Source of the DNA: Trichoplax adhaerens
Taxonomy: Eukaryota; Animalia; Placozoa
Length of the DNA: 64,000 nt
Direction: 5' to 3'
Assembly (NCBI RefSeq): GCF_000150275.1
Contig: NW_002060947.1
Span: 2,593,740-2,657,739, forward strand
Shown: in pieces, positions 28,575 through 44,325 of the stretch
How positions within the stretch are numbered: the first letter of the stretch is position 1
Layout of the letters: each line of letters begins with the position of its first letter
Program-made: the position numbers and the translations under genes
Notes under the pieces: model-generated
Told to the model about the DNA's origin: nothing
Databases searched by the model: none
What the model saw: the letters and a program-made list of their open reading frames with translations, nothing else

Positions 28575-28994
28575 GTACTGTATATTACCGTATCTCAGAA
28601 AAAACTGATATATTGAATTAATTAAGGTAGCTCAATCTAGCGTACGGTAGAATTGATCCACTTGCTCTCCAAAATATGTACAAATGACGGATCAAATGAG
28701 ACGGTTTCGTATCATTGATTAATTAATGCGCATGAAATACGGTACAAGGTAAAAGAAACTAACTAACTAACTAATTAGAACTGTGTGTATTTACAGTATG
28801 TACGTAAATAGTAAAATGTGTAAGTATAGTAGTGTACTATCTGGCATACTGGGTGATACTAATGATAGTACGTATCGTATACTGTATACCGAATCGCATC
28901 AAAGCTAGTCGGAGGTCGGACTGACTTCTTGGTACCATATAGAACACTACTGCATAGAGAGATTTTGCTCAGGATACTACGCATGCGTATCGTA

Positions 28995-29061
28995 AATACT
29001 GCACAGTATACAGTACACAAGTGTACTGTACAGTGTACAGTACAGTACAGTTACTACAGTA
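28995..29061. repeat. (GTACW)n array in the SMCR8/microprotein divergent promoter
   Basis: cagtatacagtacacaagtgtactgtacagtgtacagtacagtacagttactacagta. Confidence 0.85.
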
Positions 29062-29093
29062 GCCTGAAGGGCACTTAGTTTCCTTCTTTCACG

Positions 29094-31728
29094 ATGGTGC
29101 GATATCGTAGTGACGATTCTGATGGCGATTCTGCCATCCTCCTCACCCCAAATAGAAGTAGGCAAGGGCATCAGAATAAGAAGAAATGTTATTGTGCTAT
29201 CCTTAGCTGTGTTGGTACTTTGATCATTTTGGTTGCAATAGCGACCATTGTCTTGATAGCTTTCCATGCGTCGTGTAAAATTACTTGGTAAGCTTACGCT
29301 TTTAAAACTTACTGTTATTATTATTATTTTATAAGAAAACGTCATCCGTACTATGGAGTTACTGAGTAGTTAATAAAAGTTTATACGTTTCAGTTACTAA
29401 TTTTTATTTAGCCTTAATTTTAAAGAATACTGTAGTGTGCTGTTCGTATTTTATTTCAACGACAGAGACTAATTAGTAAATTAAGAACTGTCGCTATTAA
29501 GATTAATGATTTCTAATTTTGTGAATTGAGGAATCGTTTTAGCCGCTTAATAATGGATAAATGTATAAAGTAAAGGGATCACAAAAGATTTTTAGTATTC
29601 GTAGTTCCTGACGTATACAGTACAGTATTTGAAATTTTGAAGTTTAAAAATTAGATTATTAGTGTATTAGATACACGCGTATAATCCCAAAATCCTATTT
29701 ATAAAGCTATTGCAAAACATACAATAGGATTCTGCATAGGAAGGACGTCAAATTTTAGTATCGTCTTTACACTTTCCCATTTTATTAAGAGACTTATAAA
29801 CCAACTATTTTGAAAGTTACTGCAGACATGAACGTGACACACGTACTAGTAAATAGAGGCCAAAGTCAGGATTTGTTACAGTTTATTTTTATTATTTGCT
29901 TACTGCATTGATACCATTTTGTATTTTAGTTGATCTACAGTAGTATAATATATCCTATAAATTATGAACTTTGTAAGGCTTAGTCATGAACCCTGTTACA
30001 ATATACGCGTATGCCTTCTACATTGTGTACGAAAAAGAATTTTAACAAATGACGGATGCAGTAAAATTTGTAAAATACAAGACACATTTACTCATTTTAT
30101 AATATATATAATTAGCTATATTCAATAAAGGAATAGTTAGCTAATCAGGCGCGTATGCGCACGGATAATTTTAAAAATGAAGCTTCCTTGTATATTGAAT
30201 CGCAAAATTTTATTCGGCTTGCAATGTTTTACCTTACCTATCGCCAACTAATGTAGGCAATTTAACGAGGACTGTGATACTATTCGAAATGCGATCGTCA
30301 ATCAGATTCACAATTGGACCAGTGACACCAACTGTCAATACGGCGGAGAGAAATGCCTTTATCATGTAAGATGATACGTATACAGTATTCTCAATATCTC
30401 TATGTGGGATATCGTCGCATTCTTATTTTCATTTATTATATTATTAAAGTAGTTGCGAACTTGAGTACACGCTTGAATGCTAAATTTTGCAAGATAGTAA
30501 TATTACTTACTAGGTATTTCTTTAAATTAGAGTTATGGTACGATTCATTAATAAGATACGATAGTCACTAGTCAGTATGCAGCACTTGAAGATCTTTTTG
30601 CTTTCGCATTACACTAATTGCACATTTTGGCAAATTAACTTTAGCTAAGTCATCCCTCGTAACAGACATATATATTTGAGGACGCAAACACTAGCTTAGA
30701 GAATTATTCTCCTTAAATTTTAGGATCTGCAATTAATGTAGCATAATTTATGATGTACTATACAGTAACTGAATATTGCTAAGATCATGCACCTACAACA
30801 CTTTGTAGAGTCTCACTAAATTTAGTTACGACTTTTTACTTTGTAGTGTGCAGTACGTGTATGCAATGGATAGGCAATTTATATAGTAATTACACAGGCA
30901 CTACCGTTAGAGGACTGCTTAATTTATTTCGTTGTATGAGGTCTGTAGAGGAATCTTAACTCAAGCGACATTAAATTTCATTAAAATCACAAGGCAAATA
31001 CGAATGCTATCTTACTAATTATACAATTTGTCTAATTAACTTTTGCATCTTAATTTCTGTAATTGTGATAATTAGCTTATTTCCGAAACGCCTAAAATGG
31101 TAGTGGCTTATCATGTTACCCCAAAGGCTCACTATAGGGATAATTTAAAATTTCTCTTTATCAAGGATCCCGGCGACGGTGTGCAATGCGAAGTTCAAGT
31201 AAGTATTCATCAGACGTACATGGACTATGAATCAAAGTTATGATTGCTTTTATAAGTTCTCATCATAAAATCGATGCCCCATGAGAAAAAATAATGCTTA
31301 GAAGCGAACTGCGCATTAGAAAATATATTATTTAGCTTTAAACGATGATCACCTGTGATAAATAAGTATTGCTTACATCATAAGTATATTTTTTATAGCT
31401 TGTAACCTTTTGTTGCATCATCTTTTATGCTAGGGCTTTTCTGCATCTGAAATATTCTATGCAATTCTTGATTTTGGTACGAACTATTGCAATCTTCATA
31501 ATTTAATTGTTGGTAAGTATTGCCATTACTATGATAAAGCTTTGATCATATCTTAGCTTTACCGACCTTAAGACGACACACAATACTGCTAAAAATATTT
31601 AGCCTAAATTCTGACTCTTAGTCAGAATACGAACATATTTTGTAAACCTTAAAGAGCTGCTAGTAAATTCTTCTAAATACCATTTCTGTATTTCCAGGCA
31701 GTGGTATAGACAGAGTTCCCGGATATAA
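29094..31728 (+). CDS. Putative orphan ~85-aa single-pass (type II) membrane microprotein
   Basis: Exon 29094-29287 (ends TG|gtaag), exon 31166-31198 (caag|...AA|gtaagt) and exon 31698-31728 join in frame: MVRYRSDDSDGDSAILLTPNRSRQGHQNKKKCYCAILSCVGTLIILVAIATIVLIAFHASCKITWIPATVCNAKFKQWYRQSSRI*. Exon 1 is well supported; exons 2-3 are inferred. Confidence 0.6.
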
Positions 31729-32498
31729 AGAAGAAACATCGGATAGCATATGCACGCAGTACAGTATTGCTAATTGTACCCACTTCTGATCAAAATCTAA
31801 AGCCGCTTCATTATTATACAGCAGAACACTGCATTTGTAAACACAACCGAATTATTTTAGTAAATACATATTCGAAGAGCCAAGATGTATTTACTAACTT
31901 TAATAACGGTTTAGTAATTTACTTTGATTTCTCTATCGATATTGTATAGAAACTCTTACGTGGTTAAGTTCAGCAGATCGTTATTTTATTATTGACTATA
32001 ATGTACAAGTACAAGTTCTACTTATTGTATAAATCTAAATCAGAATTTCGTTAGGTGAGGAACGTTAGCTTTTATCTTCACTAAATAATAGGTTTCTAAA
32101 TTTGCCTATCATTTTTAATTTTTCCCAATTTATGGATATATTTATATATATATCACTTCTAAAATAATTCAGTATAATTGCAATAAACAGAATACAGAAT
32201 TCATAGAAAATCTGATCATTCTACCGTCCGGGTACATTTTGATGTTAAATACGAAACATCTACAGTATGGTACTAAGTTTTATTGGATGTATACATACTA
32301 GCGTGCAATTTTTAAATTAAAATGACGATTTTATTGTTGTAGAGAATAACCTTACATTAAACTCGTGCATCCGTCCTTTTATTTGATGTAATCATTAGTA
32401 AAGTTAGTATACAGTACATTGCTACCGTTGTAAATTACAGTAGTTAATTTATTATAACTATGGATATGATAACCAGTCTAATGATGAAGTTACTAGTC

Positions 32499-36010
<3,512 letters not shown>

Positions 36011-36335
36011 AGTACAGTGTGCTACGTGTGCTACGCTGTGAACTTGGCTGTAGGAATCTTCAAGCGCTGATTGCCAATTTATAGAAGCATGCAAATAAAA
36101 GATTGCATTTGATACCTAATGTATTTTACAAAATTAATAATTATACAAATGAGTAGAATCGATATAAGCATAACTTTATAACATTGCTTACATGCAAAAC
36201 TTCGTTGTTATGTAAAATACAAATTTCACGCTGATCAAGCTACTGGAAATCGTATTGGCAGTCGTTAATATTTCAACCTTTGAGTTAGCATGTCCAATGA
36301 CTTAGCTGACGACGTGTAATGTTTATATGATACTT

Positions 36336-36931
36336 ACTGTACAGTACATACTCTACAGTACAGTACTGTACTGTACTGCACGTTGTCTCTTCTACAGTAC
36401 TGTACACTGTACAGTACTATACAGTACTGTACAACCAAACCGGACCAACTCACAATCGTTAAGATCTGTACTGTACAGTACAGTATGTACAGTAGTACAG
36501 TACTGTACTGTACAGTATGTCAGCAAAGCGGCAGGACGCTAAGCATTATACTGTACAGTACAGTACTGTACAGTAGTTGATCAGCACTGGCTACTGTAAT
36601 ACTGTACTGTGCAGTATAGCAGGTACAGTATACTGTACAGTGTACATGTATTGCACACTACAGTACAGTAGAAACACGACTTTTCTACAGTACTAGTCCA
36701 TGACTAGGAATACTGTACAGAATACCTTGTGAGAGTTATACTGTAGTTACTGTTATCACAGGTACTGTATTCTTCTAGTGGACCATGCTCAGTACAGCTG
36801 TACCGTAACTGGGTACCCGGATTGTACAGTACAGTACTGTACTGTACTGTACAGTACAGTACTGTACTGTACTGTACTGTACAGTACACTGTACAGTGTG
36901 TATATATTGTGCTATGCACTCAGTGTACAGT
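36336..36931. repeat. Largest (GTACW)n array, MAN1A/SUPT3H divergent promoter
   Basis: About 600 bp dominated by GTACA/GTACT units, including 13 perfect consecutive units at 36824-36888. Confidence 0.95.
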
Positions 36932-36958
36932 AAATTATGTCGAGTATTTCCGAGAACG

Positions 36959-39900
36959 ATGAGTAATACGACTTACGAGCACTTAGCTGGTAAAATGATC
37001 AAGTCGCCAAAGGATAAGTATGGCTTTACAAAAACTAGTACATCCGACGAAGAAGAAGCGACACTTTCAGGGGCAAATTGTAACATAAATCATTCTGTCA
37101 ATACTACTCCTGTACGAAGCAAAACTAACAAAAGCAATAAGAATAGAAAAGTATCAAATACGGTAAAAAATAGATTGTATAAAGATCCACTTCAAGTCGA
37201 TAACGAGCTCAAGTCTGCGGTAAATGCATACTGTAATAAAGTTATACAGCTAGCCATCAACTATTCAATATTCTTACCAAATTGTCTTCAACTTATCGGA
37301 TATTCTAATAGCGAAATTATAACCTTACTATGAACTTGGTCGAATTCGATACTGTAATATGCAATATAATTGCCTACAGTATTGCACTTGATCCTATTTA
37401 CTGTTCTGTACAGTATTCGTATACAGTAGCTGGAATTTAAGTATAATATTTCGGTTATGATATCGATTGTAGAACAAATTTGAGAAAAATACTCCAATAA
37501 TAAATAGCAATAAGGAAAGAGGAAATAAGCCATCGTTTACGACTGAAATTTTAGCGATGATGTGAGTCATTAATTTTGTAAATACTATAGCAGTACAGTA
37601 CAATAAATGTTAATTAAAGAATTCTTGAATGAGCTCTGCTATACGATATGCAGGGAGTATTTTTACACATTGCAATACTGTATTAAGGTAAGGTTAATCA
37701 CCACTGCTCTTACCCTATTTCAATACATTGTATAGGCATGCATTTGGAGATGTGGCAAATCCTCTTTATCAGTCCGCGATATTAATTGAAGAAATCATTC
37801 GCCGCCAAATTTCAAACTTGGTGATTTAAACAGATTCACGAAGTTAACCAAATACTGTATAGCGATTCTAAGTTTGCTAGTATCTTCTTGCAGTACTTCA
37901 GGGTGAACCATGTCTCCCTGTAATAAATCTGATCCGTAAACCAAATTTTATTTTTCGAAAATTAAATAGATCTTTATCCTAGTGCTGTAGCGTTAATATT
38001 TTAGTCAATAATTAGATGAAATATACGAATGTGCCGCCTTACTGTAGTACTAAAATCAAAAAATGTCTTGCTTTTATATGCTCTGTACGATACTGTAAGT
38101 CCATAAATAGTTAAGCACAACAAAAAGATGAGATATTATTATCTATAGCTATTTGTAAATTAAAATTATACAATAAGCGATTTTCGATTTAGTATTACAT
38201 TTGTTGATCGTCATTTTAAGCTTATACTGAATCTTTCAACGCTATTAAAGTAAATTGAATCTCTTGTTCATGGAATGTACGATATAGCTGATCAAGACTT
38301 CAGAGTTGACCTTGTTGCGAGGAGCGAAAATTATGACTGTCGACGATATTTTATTACAATTTAGAAAAAATAAGGTAATCTACATTTAGTAGATATTGAT
38401 TCTTTGACATCTAACTATGCCTTTACGTACTTCATTGTCACAAAAATGAAATTTCCATTTTTCACAGTATTTCTTCAACTGTAAACTACTAAATGTTTCA
38501 TAGACATAGTAATTGTCAAATGTTTCAATCCTTGATATTACAGAAGAAGTATAAGCACATTTTAAAAATCCTCAATTTTAAGGAAGCTAAAGCTAAAACG
38601 CTAAAGCATTACATGTATGCTGAAGATGATATTAATTATGCTAATATAACCGGTAAGATTCTTGAGAATTAGAAGTTAAATGTAGTTGTGTTAATCTCTT
38701 TGTAAGTTTATTTCTAAGCATGGATATTTAAACTAGCAGCATCACTCTAGAAATTTATAAAATTTAGCTTCATTAATTTTTATCCAGCAGAATTAACCTA
38801 ATTTAACCCTATTTTGTCAACAAATAACGATTTGCTTTCTAGCTGATACTAGTGAAAGAGATTCAAGTAAAATAAGAAAATATTCATCAGAAATTTTTAG
38901 CCATTACGACGATATGTGTAAATTTTTGGACATTTAGTTATAGATATTCTTTTTGCAAAACATATTTTTTAGATATTTCATTCTCAGCGACAAGTTTAAC
39001 ACTAATATGCAACTTATCTTTAAAGTCAAGCTTGCGTAAACTGTCTTATTGTACTAACGTATGGTAATTTAGAAAGTCGCAATTTTTAATTCTAATTCTG
39101 TTGTAGATCATAGCTTTGAATTAGATCGTGACGAAATTCAAGCTGAAAGAACTGAAGTAAGAATGTAACATTGGAGTAGTGCTATATTCAAAGTTATTAA
39201 AATGAAATTTATTTGATTTTCTAGAGTTGTTGAAGATCTAACAGAGTTTATTTATTTACTCAGAGATTGGAAATACTAACACGTAAAATGGATCAATCAC
39301 AATATTTAGAGTTTTCAGAATGTCGTCAAGTTACTTTTTGTAAGTTTAGTAATTCTGTTATTGATTAAATGAACTGCTCCCTAAAATTTTACCAATGGCC
39401 TTACTTTTTACTTTACACGCTGCGAATGTTGCCTATACAAATATCGAATTCCAGCTAAAAGAATAAATAAATTTAGGGAGTGGCTAGACTGCATATCGAT
39501 TATAGATGCTAAACCAAACGTGCAAGCGATTGAATTACTGAGTGTCCTTGCATATGAGACCGTTGGAAGAGTAAGTCGCATGAATATAAGTTTCTGTACA
39601 TGACATTAGTGTCCTCTTGTAATATAATTTAAGCTCCTGAAATTTAAAATTTTCATTTCACAGGTTATAGAGCTTTCTTTAATTGTTAAAGCCGATACAG
39701 AACATAGAAGCAGTGACTGTTTCTTATTGCATTCGAATCGACTATGCCTATCAACTGCTCCTTCCCCCGAGTTTTCGGAAACTAGTTCTCAGCTACCCTC
39801 TACTTCTGGAATTACTGGCAAACGAAAAAGATCTCATAAGGTTTACTAAATGCTTGCAACGGTTGATTATAGTGACCATAGCACTGAGCGTATTTAAATA

Positions 39901-40145
39901 TTTCTGACTATTTTAGGATCAAGATAGTTGGAATTTTCCCGGTGAACCGATTTATCCGCATCATATACAAGAGGCTATTCGTAGATGCGACACTATATTG
40001 GGACCAATGTGTCCATTTACTGTTAGTTTATTTCATTGAATTAAATTTTGCATCACTTTACTTGATGTAATTTTTTGTTGTGTCTGTTCAATTATAGAGC
40101 TATCCTCTGTCTGCTCCATTAAATCTGCGAACTCTATGTTCTTAA
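36959..40145 (+). CDS. SUPT3H: SAGA complex subunit Spt3 (multi-exon)
   Basis: KPSFTTEILAMM|HAFGDVANPLYQSAILIEEII; RGAKIMTVDDILLQFRKNK; TRKMDQSQYLEFSECRQVTF; KFREWLDC; ELLSVLAYETVG; PIYPHHIQEAIRR; stop 40143-40145. Confidence 0.94.
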
Positions 40146-40372
40146 ACTTCATAGTTCTATAAGATTTGTCATCGACAATGTTAAATAATGTGCAGGTATC
40201 TTTAACACTTCAATTGTAATATTGCGTTGGCGGTTGTAGAATTAATGTGATATTATCTCGCGTATAATACGAAGTGAAAATTGATATATTATGACGTAAA
40301 ATTGTAAATTTTCACGGGCTATTTTGGTATTGATTTTGAATCAATGCATATTTAATTACTTTATACTAAATA

Positions 40373-40446
40373 TCCTTATCTTCATTAATGATATAAATGC
40401 AATCTTATGTCCTTGTCTTCATTAATGATATAAATGCAATCTTGTG
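40373..40446. repeat. 37-bp tandem duplication (2 copies)
   Basis: tccttatcttcattaatgatataaatgcaatcttatg followed by tccttgtcttcattaatgatataaatgcaatcttgtg. Confidence 0.9.
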
Positions 40447-41703
40447 TATCATTAAATGAACATTATCTATAACACTTAACAGTTCGCCTGTGTATTTTGT
40501 GCTTTGCTGTTTATAAATGTATAAATTTGCCTATATTGCAGCAATTAAAGGTGTATCGACAAAGACTATCCTTTAGAAGATACTGTAGAATTGGCGATCA
40601 GATAATACTTCAATAAAAATAATTACTTTTTAGCCGGGAACTGCATAATTCAAAGTGATTACTTAAATAAATCAGTATCTGGCAGAAATCAATGTTTTCG
40701 TTCGTTACAAGAAGTGTCCAGCATGCTTTTTGGGCTAACGAGTAAGTAAAATTCTAAATCCTGTATCTGTCATCATTTAAAATTTAGAATCTCTTGACCA
40801 AACCTATGATTCTTAGTTACCATATATAACGGAGCCAAACTCTGGTCCACAAATGCGGACATTCTACCAGTTGCTATACTTGAAGTAACACACCATTACT
40901 AAACATATTCAGTAGAAGATATAATAAAGAATCAATGCAACACATAATAGATTTACTATTAATATTTAAAATATTGAGATACAAATATATGTATGCACTA
41001 TATTAAAATTAAGATTATGTATCTTCGCAACAAAAACTACAGTATTTTGATTATAGCTCGCAAAATTTTAAGTGAAAGCAACTTACTACCAGATAGGTGA
41101 TCATTGTATAGCTATTCAACGAGTACAATCGTGTCCATTGAAACACTTTGAAACACAGGTGTCTAATTGTATTGTATTACTACCCAAATGTAGCACAACG
41201 AATAAAGGAACCATCTGCTTTCAACTTCGAAGGTTCAAATATTCCAAGTTTGCTATTAATTACCTGATTATCTTTATTGATAATAGTCTTAATTATAACA
41301 ATCATTTGTATAGTACATTATAATTGTAATATTTCTTGGTGATTGGAACCTTTTGTCTGATTTATTAATCTAACTTAACAAATTATACGTTTTGCGTTTT
41401 CATAACAGTGGATTTTTCAAATTTTTAATATTTCACGATTAGTTACTTTATCAGCTTATAAATAGGAATTTAACTGTATCTTGTTAGGTAACATTCTCTG
41501 CTAAATTAATAATCTCAACAATAAAAATACTAAAAAACACCACAAGGATATCCATAGTTTAAAGATTACATTATTTACAAGATACTAGAATGTTATATTC
41601 ATGCTATAGTCCGGCAAACATCCAGTAGATTCTCTTTCAGGATCGGATTAGTAAAAGTATATCATATTGACTATAGCTATCATAGAGTATGAGTATTGAT
41701 TAA

Positions 41704-43626
41704 TCATTTTTTGTATGGATGAGACCTATTTGATTCTGAATATCCAGGATAGCGTCTATCTTCTAACCTGAATTTTAAAATATCTTTTATATCGTACATG
41801 TACAGGATTCTTAATGTCCTTAACCTATTGTGCTATATTAAGCGTTACCTCTGTCTTAAGTCATTAATTTCTTTATCTTTTCTATTAAGCTCTTGCTTTG
41901 CAGTTTTGTACAAGGTCGATATATTCTTCATCAGGTTATTATTTTGCTTTCGTAGCCGCTCTACCTAACATACCAAATCATATAACGTTATAATATTTAA
42001 ATTTGCAATTAAATAGGCCTTTCATATGCATATATTGTATAAATATAATACGTAAATCTTATCTTCTATTGTTTTTATTGCAAAATAAAATCTCAATCGA
42101 GTTATAATGCAATAAAGGAAATCTTTATTTTACCCACAATTTTCGATAAATAGAAGAAGACATAAGAAAGGAGGAGTATTCAAGGATTTCTGTATTTACA
42201 TTAAATATTACTATATAAACTAATCATTACACATAACTATTTGATGGTATTCGAATTGATTTAGACAATCAGAGCTTTCAAAATAAATCAGGAAAAAGTG
42301 CTACCAGAGAATTCTAAAATTTACCTCCATTTTTAATTCCTCAATCTTCTTATTTGCTTGATTCTGTGTTTGCTGTAGCTGAGCACCAGAGGTTTAAAGA
42401 TTATAACAATAATTCAGTTAATCAATTTATCCCATAAAGCTTTGCTTTTCGTACTCTTAGCTAAACATACAACTAATCATTAATAAAGCTCCAAAGAGGA
42501 ATAGTTTAATAAGAATATACCACACGCATAGTGCGTTAGTAACGTAAAGTTCTAATCCAGTAATGCTATCTCCATAAATAGATGAATGTAAATTAAAATA
42601 ATTGTAAACTTATGTTGACTCAATTTTTATTGATACCCAACTAAATGGAACGTTCGTAAACCAAACTTACAATATCAGAGAAGTAGTATCTACTAATTTT
42701 GATTCCCTTATAAATTATGGCTACCACAGTACCTACAGTACTTTAGGAGTTTAGAGTTAGAATTATCGAAATACAGAGTAAGCTACTAGCAGAAAGTATT
42801 ACATCTTAAATTGATCATGGATATCTAAAACCATGTCTAAAACGATGTATTATTTTGTTAGTGATTCTTGGTACAAAGCGAGCTGTGAGTTCTTACCAAT
42901 TCTACCTTGATTCATAAGTTACAAGGTGAGCTGTGATCTCTTAATAATCTCACCTTCATTCATAAGCTTATAATTATAGGTTTATATTCTATCCAGTAGC
43001 ACTACAAGTCCTATAGTCGTACCAAAATTTCGTGATTGTGAAATAACAAAGCTAGCTTTTGAAGGCTGTAAAGTTGAAAATTGCTTTCACATCAGGGCCA
43101 AGGGCTACTAAAGAGTGACCTCGCAAGCGTTGGATTGTGCAGACTGCACAGTACTATACTTAACATATTTATTTAATATGCAACAAATCACCGGATACTG
43201 CATCGATAAATTAGAGTAAAGCTGTCCTATGCTAAAAATTATAATTAATTAACGACTGACTAATTATATTATACGAAAGGAGCAGTACTGTACAGACACT
43301 CGTGTAGCATTGCAAGCAGAGTTTGGAAGTTAAAGTGTGAATAGTTGTAACTCTGTAATGTCAGTTTCAAATAACTTTCAAACCTGTTCCAAAACTTGCT
43401 TTGTATCATCCGATGACTCTGTCTTAATCTGCAGGTCTCCATAAAGGTCTATATCATCATCTAATAGATTAAGGCATTAAATTTTAAATTTCAGCACTTT
43501 TGTGGAGTACGCTGTATATATATACGAATGTACTGCACATTAACATGTACATTGTACAGTACAATATAGTATAATTCGGGTTAATAAGAAAAAAATACAA
43601 TTATGTTAGTGGACTAGCTCACCCAT
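41704..43626 (-). CDS. CASP8AP2: 104-aa FLASH/CASP8AP2 N-terminal-domain protein (mini-FLASH)
   Basis: Five GT-AG exons 43623-43626, 43384-43460, 42325-42378, 41849-41964, 41704-41767: MDDDIDLYGDLQIKTESSDDTKQVLEQLQQTQNQANKKIEELKMEVERLRKQNNNLMKNISTLYKTAKQELNRKDKEINDLRQRLEDRRYPGYSESNRSHPYKK*. Matches the FLASH LDLY motif and the [26 protein letters not shown] coiled coil. Missed by the ORF track. Confidence 0.85.
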
Positions 43627-43737
43627 TCTTTTAAAATATACCGTAGCTTAATTTAATATTTGCCAAGGCTACCGCATTGATAGCAGAAAGGTTGTGGCTT
43701 AATTATTAACTATAATATGATTTATTGTTATTATTGT

Positions 43738-43867
43738 TACTGTACAAGAAGGGTTTCCTCTAGTAGTCCATGACTGTACAGTACAGTACAGAGAGTGAGA
43801 ATTCTCCCTTATCACTGTACTGTACAGTACAGTTCACACTGTCTTTGCAACTGTACTGTACTGTACG
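43738..43867. repeat. (GTACW)n array upstream of mini-FLASH (divergent promoter)
   Basis: actgtacagtacagtacag, actgtactgtacagtacag, ctgtactgtactgtac. Confidence 0.85.
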
Positions 43868-43927
43868 CATGATAATAGGCGTGTATTTGTTACTATCGCC
43901 CTTTATTATCCAGGGTTCGTCGTTGAA

Positions 43928-44325
43928 ATGGAAAGAGAGAAGGCAGCAAAATTGAAAGAGATTAGAATATTGGGTGAATTCAATCAAGGCCATCAACAAG
44001 TACAGTCGAGTATGTATAAAACTCTTCTTATACGTATTATTCGCATATCAAATATATGCCACTGTTACTTATCCCGGCTGGTATACGTATACACATTGTA
44101 CTGTACGTAGTAATCCACAGGTTACTGTAAAATAACACTTATTACAGGCATTGACTTCTGAGACAAATATTAATCTCAGAAGCCCCTGGTACAAATGCAC
44201 ACTCATATCGTATGTACAGTTACATATAATATATTTAATTTTAATGTCTTACCATCTCTTTGCCATGGGCTACTAATAGTAATTTTAGTAGTCTATAACT
44301 CTGCCTACTGCGAGTCCGATTGAGG
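43928..44325 (+). CDS. Possible short exons of unknown identity (CEP85 5' extension or a separate small gene)
   Basis: ATG at 43928 just after the array (MEREKAAKLKEIRILGEFNQGHQQ), followed by exon-like segments with AG/GT ends. Could not be joined confidently to CEP85. Confidence 0.3.

Noticed and set aside
31025-31036. AATTTGTCTA resembling the U7 snRNA Sm site
   Set aside because: No following stem-loop and no recognisable histone-downstream-element complement.
36011-36094. 28-aa N-terminal extension of the MAN1A ORF in the track
   Set aside because: Begins at a non-ATG codon; the family-typical start is MLPTY at 36010.
36336-36931. CRISPR array or telomeric repeat interpretation of the pentamer arrays
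   Set aside because: No 25-45 nt repeats with unique spacers, eukaryotic intron-rich context, and no G-rich single-orientation telomeric pattern.
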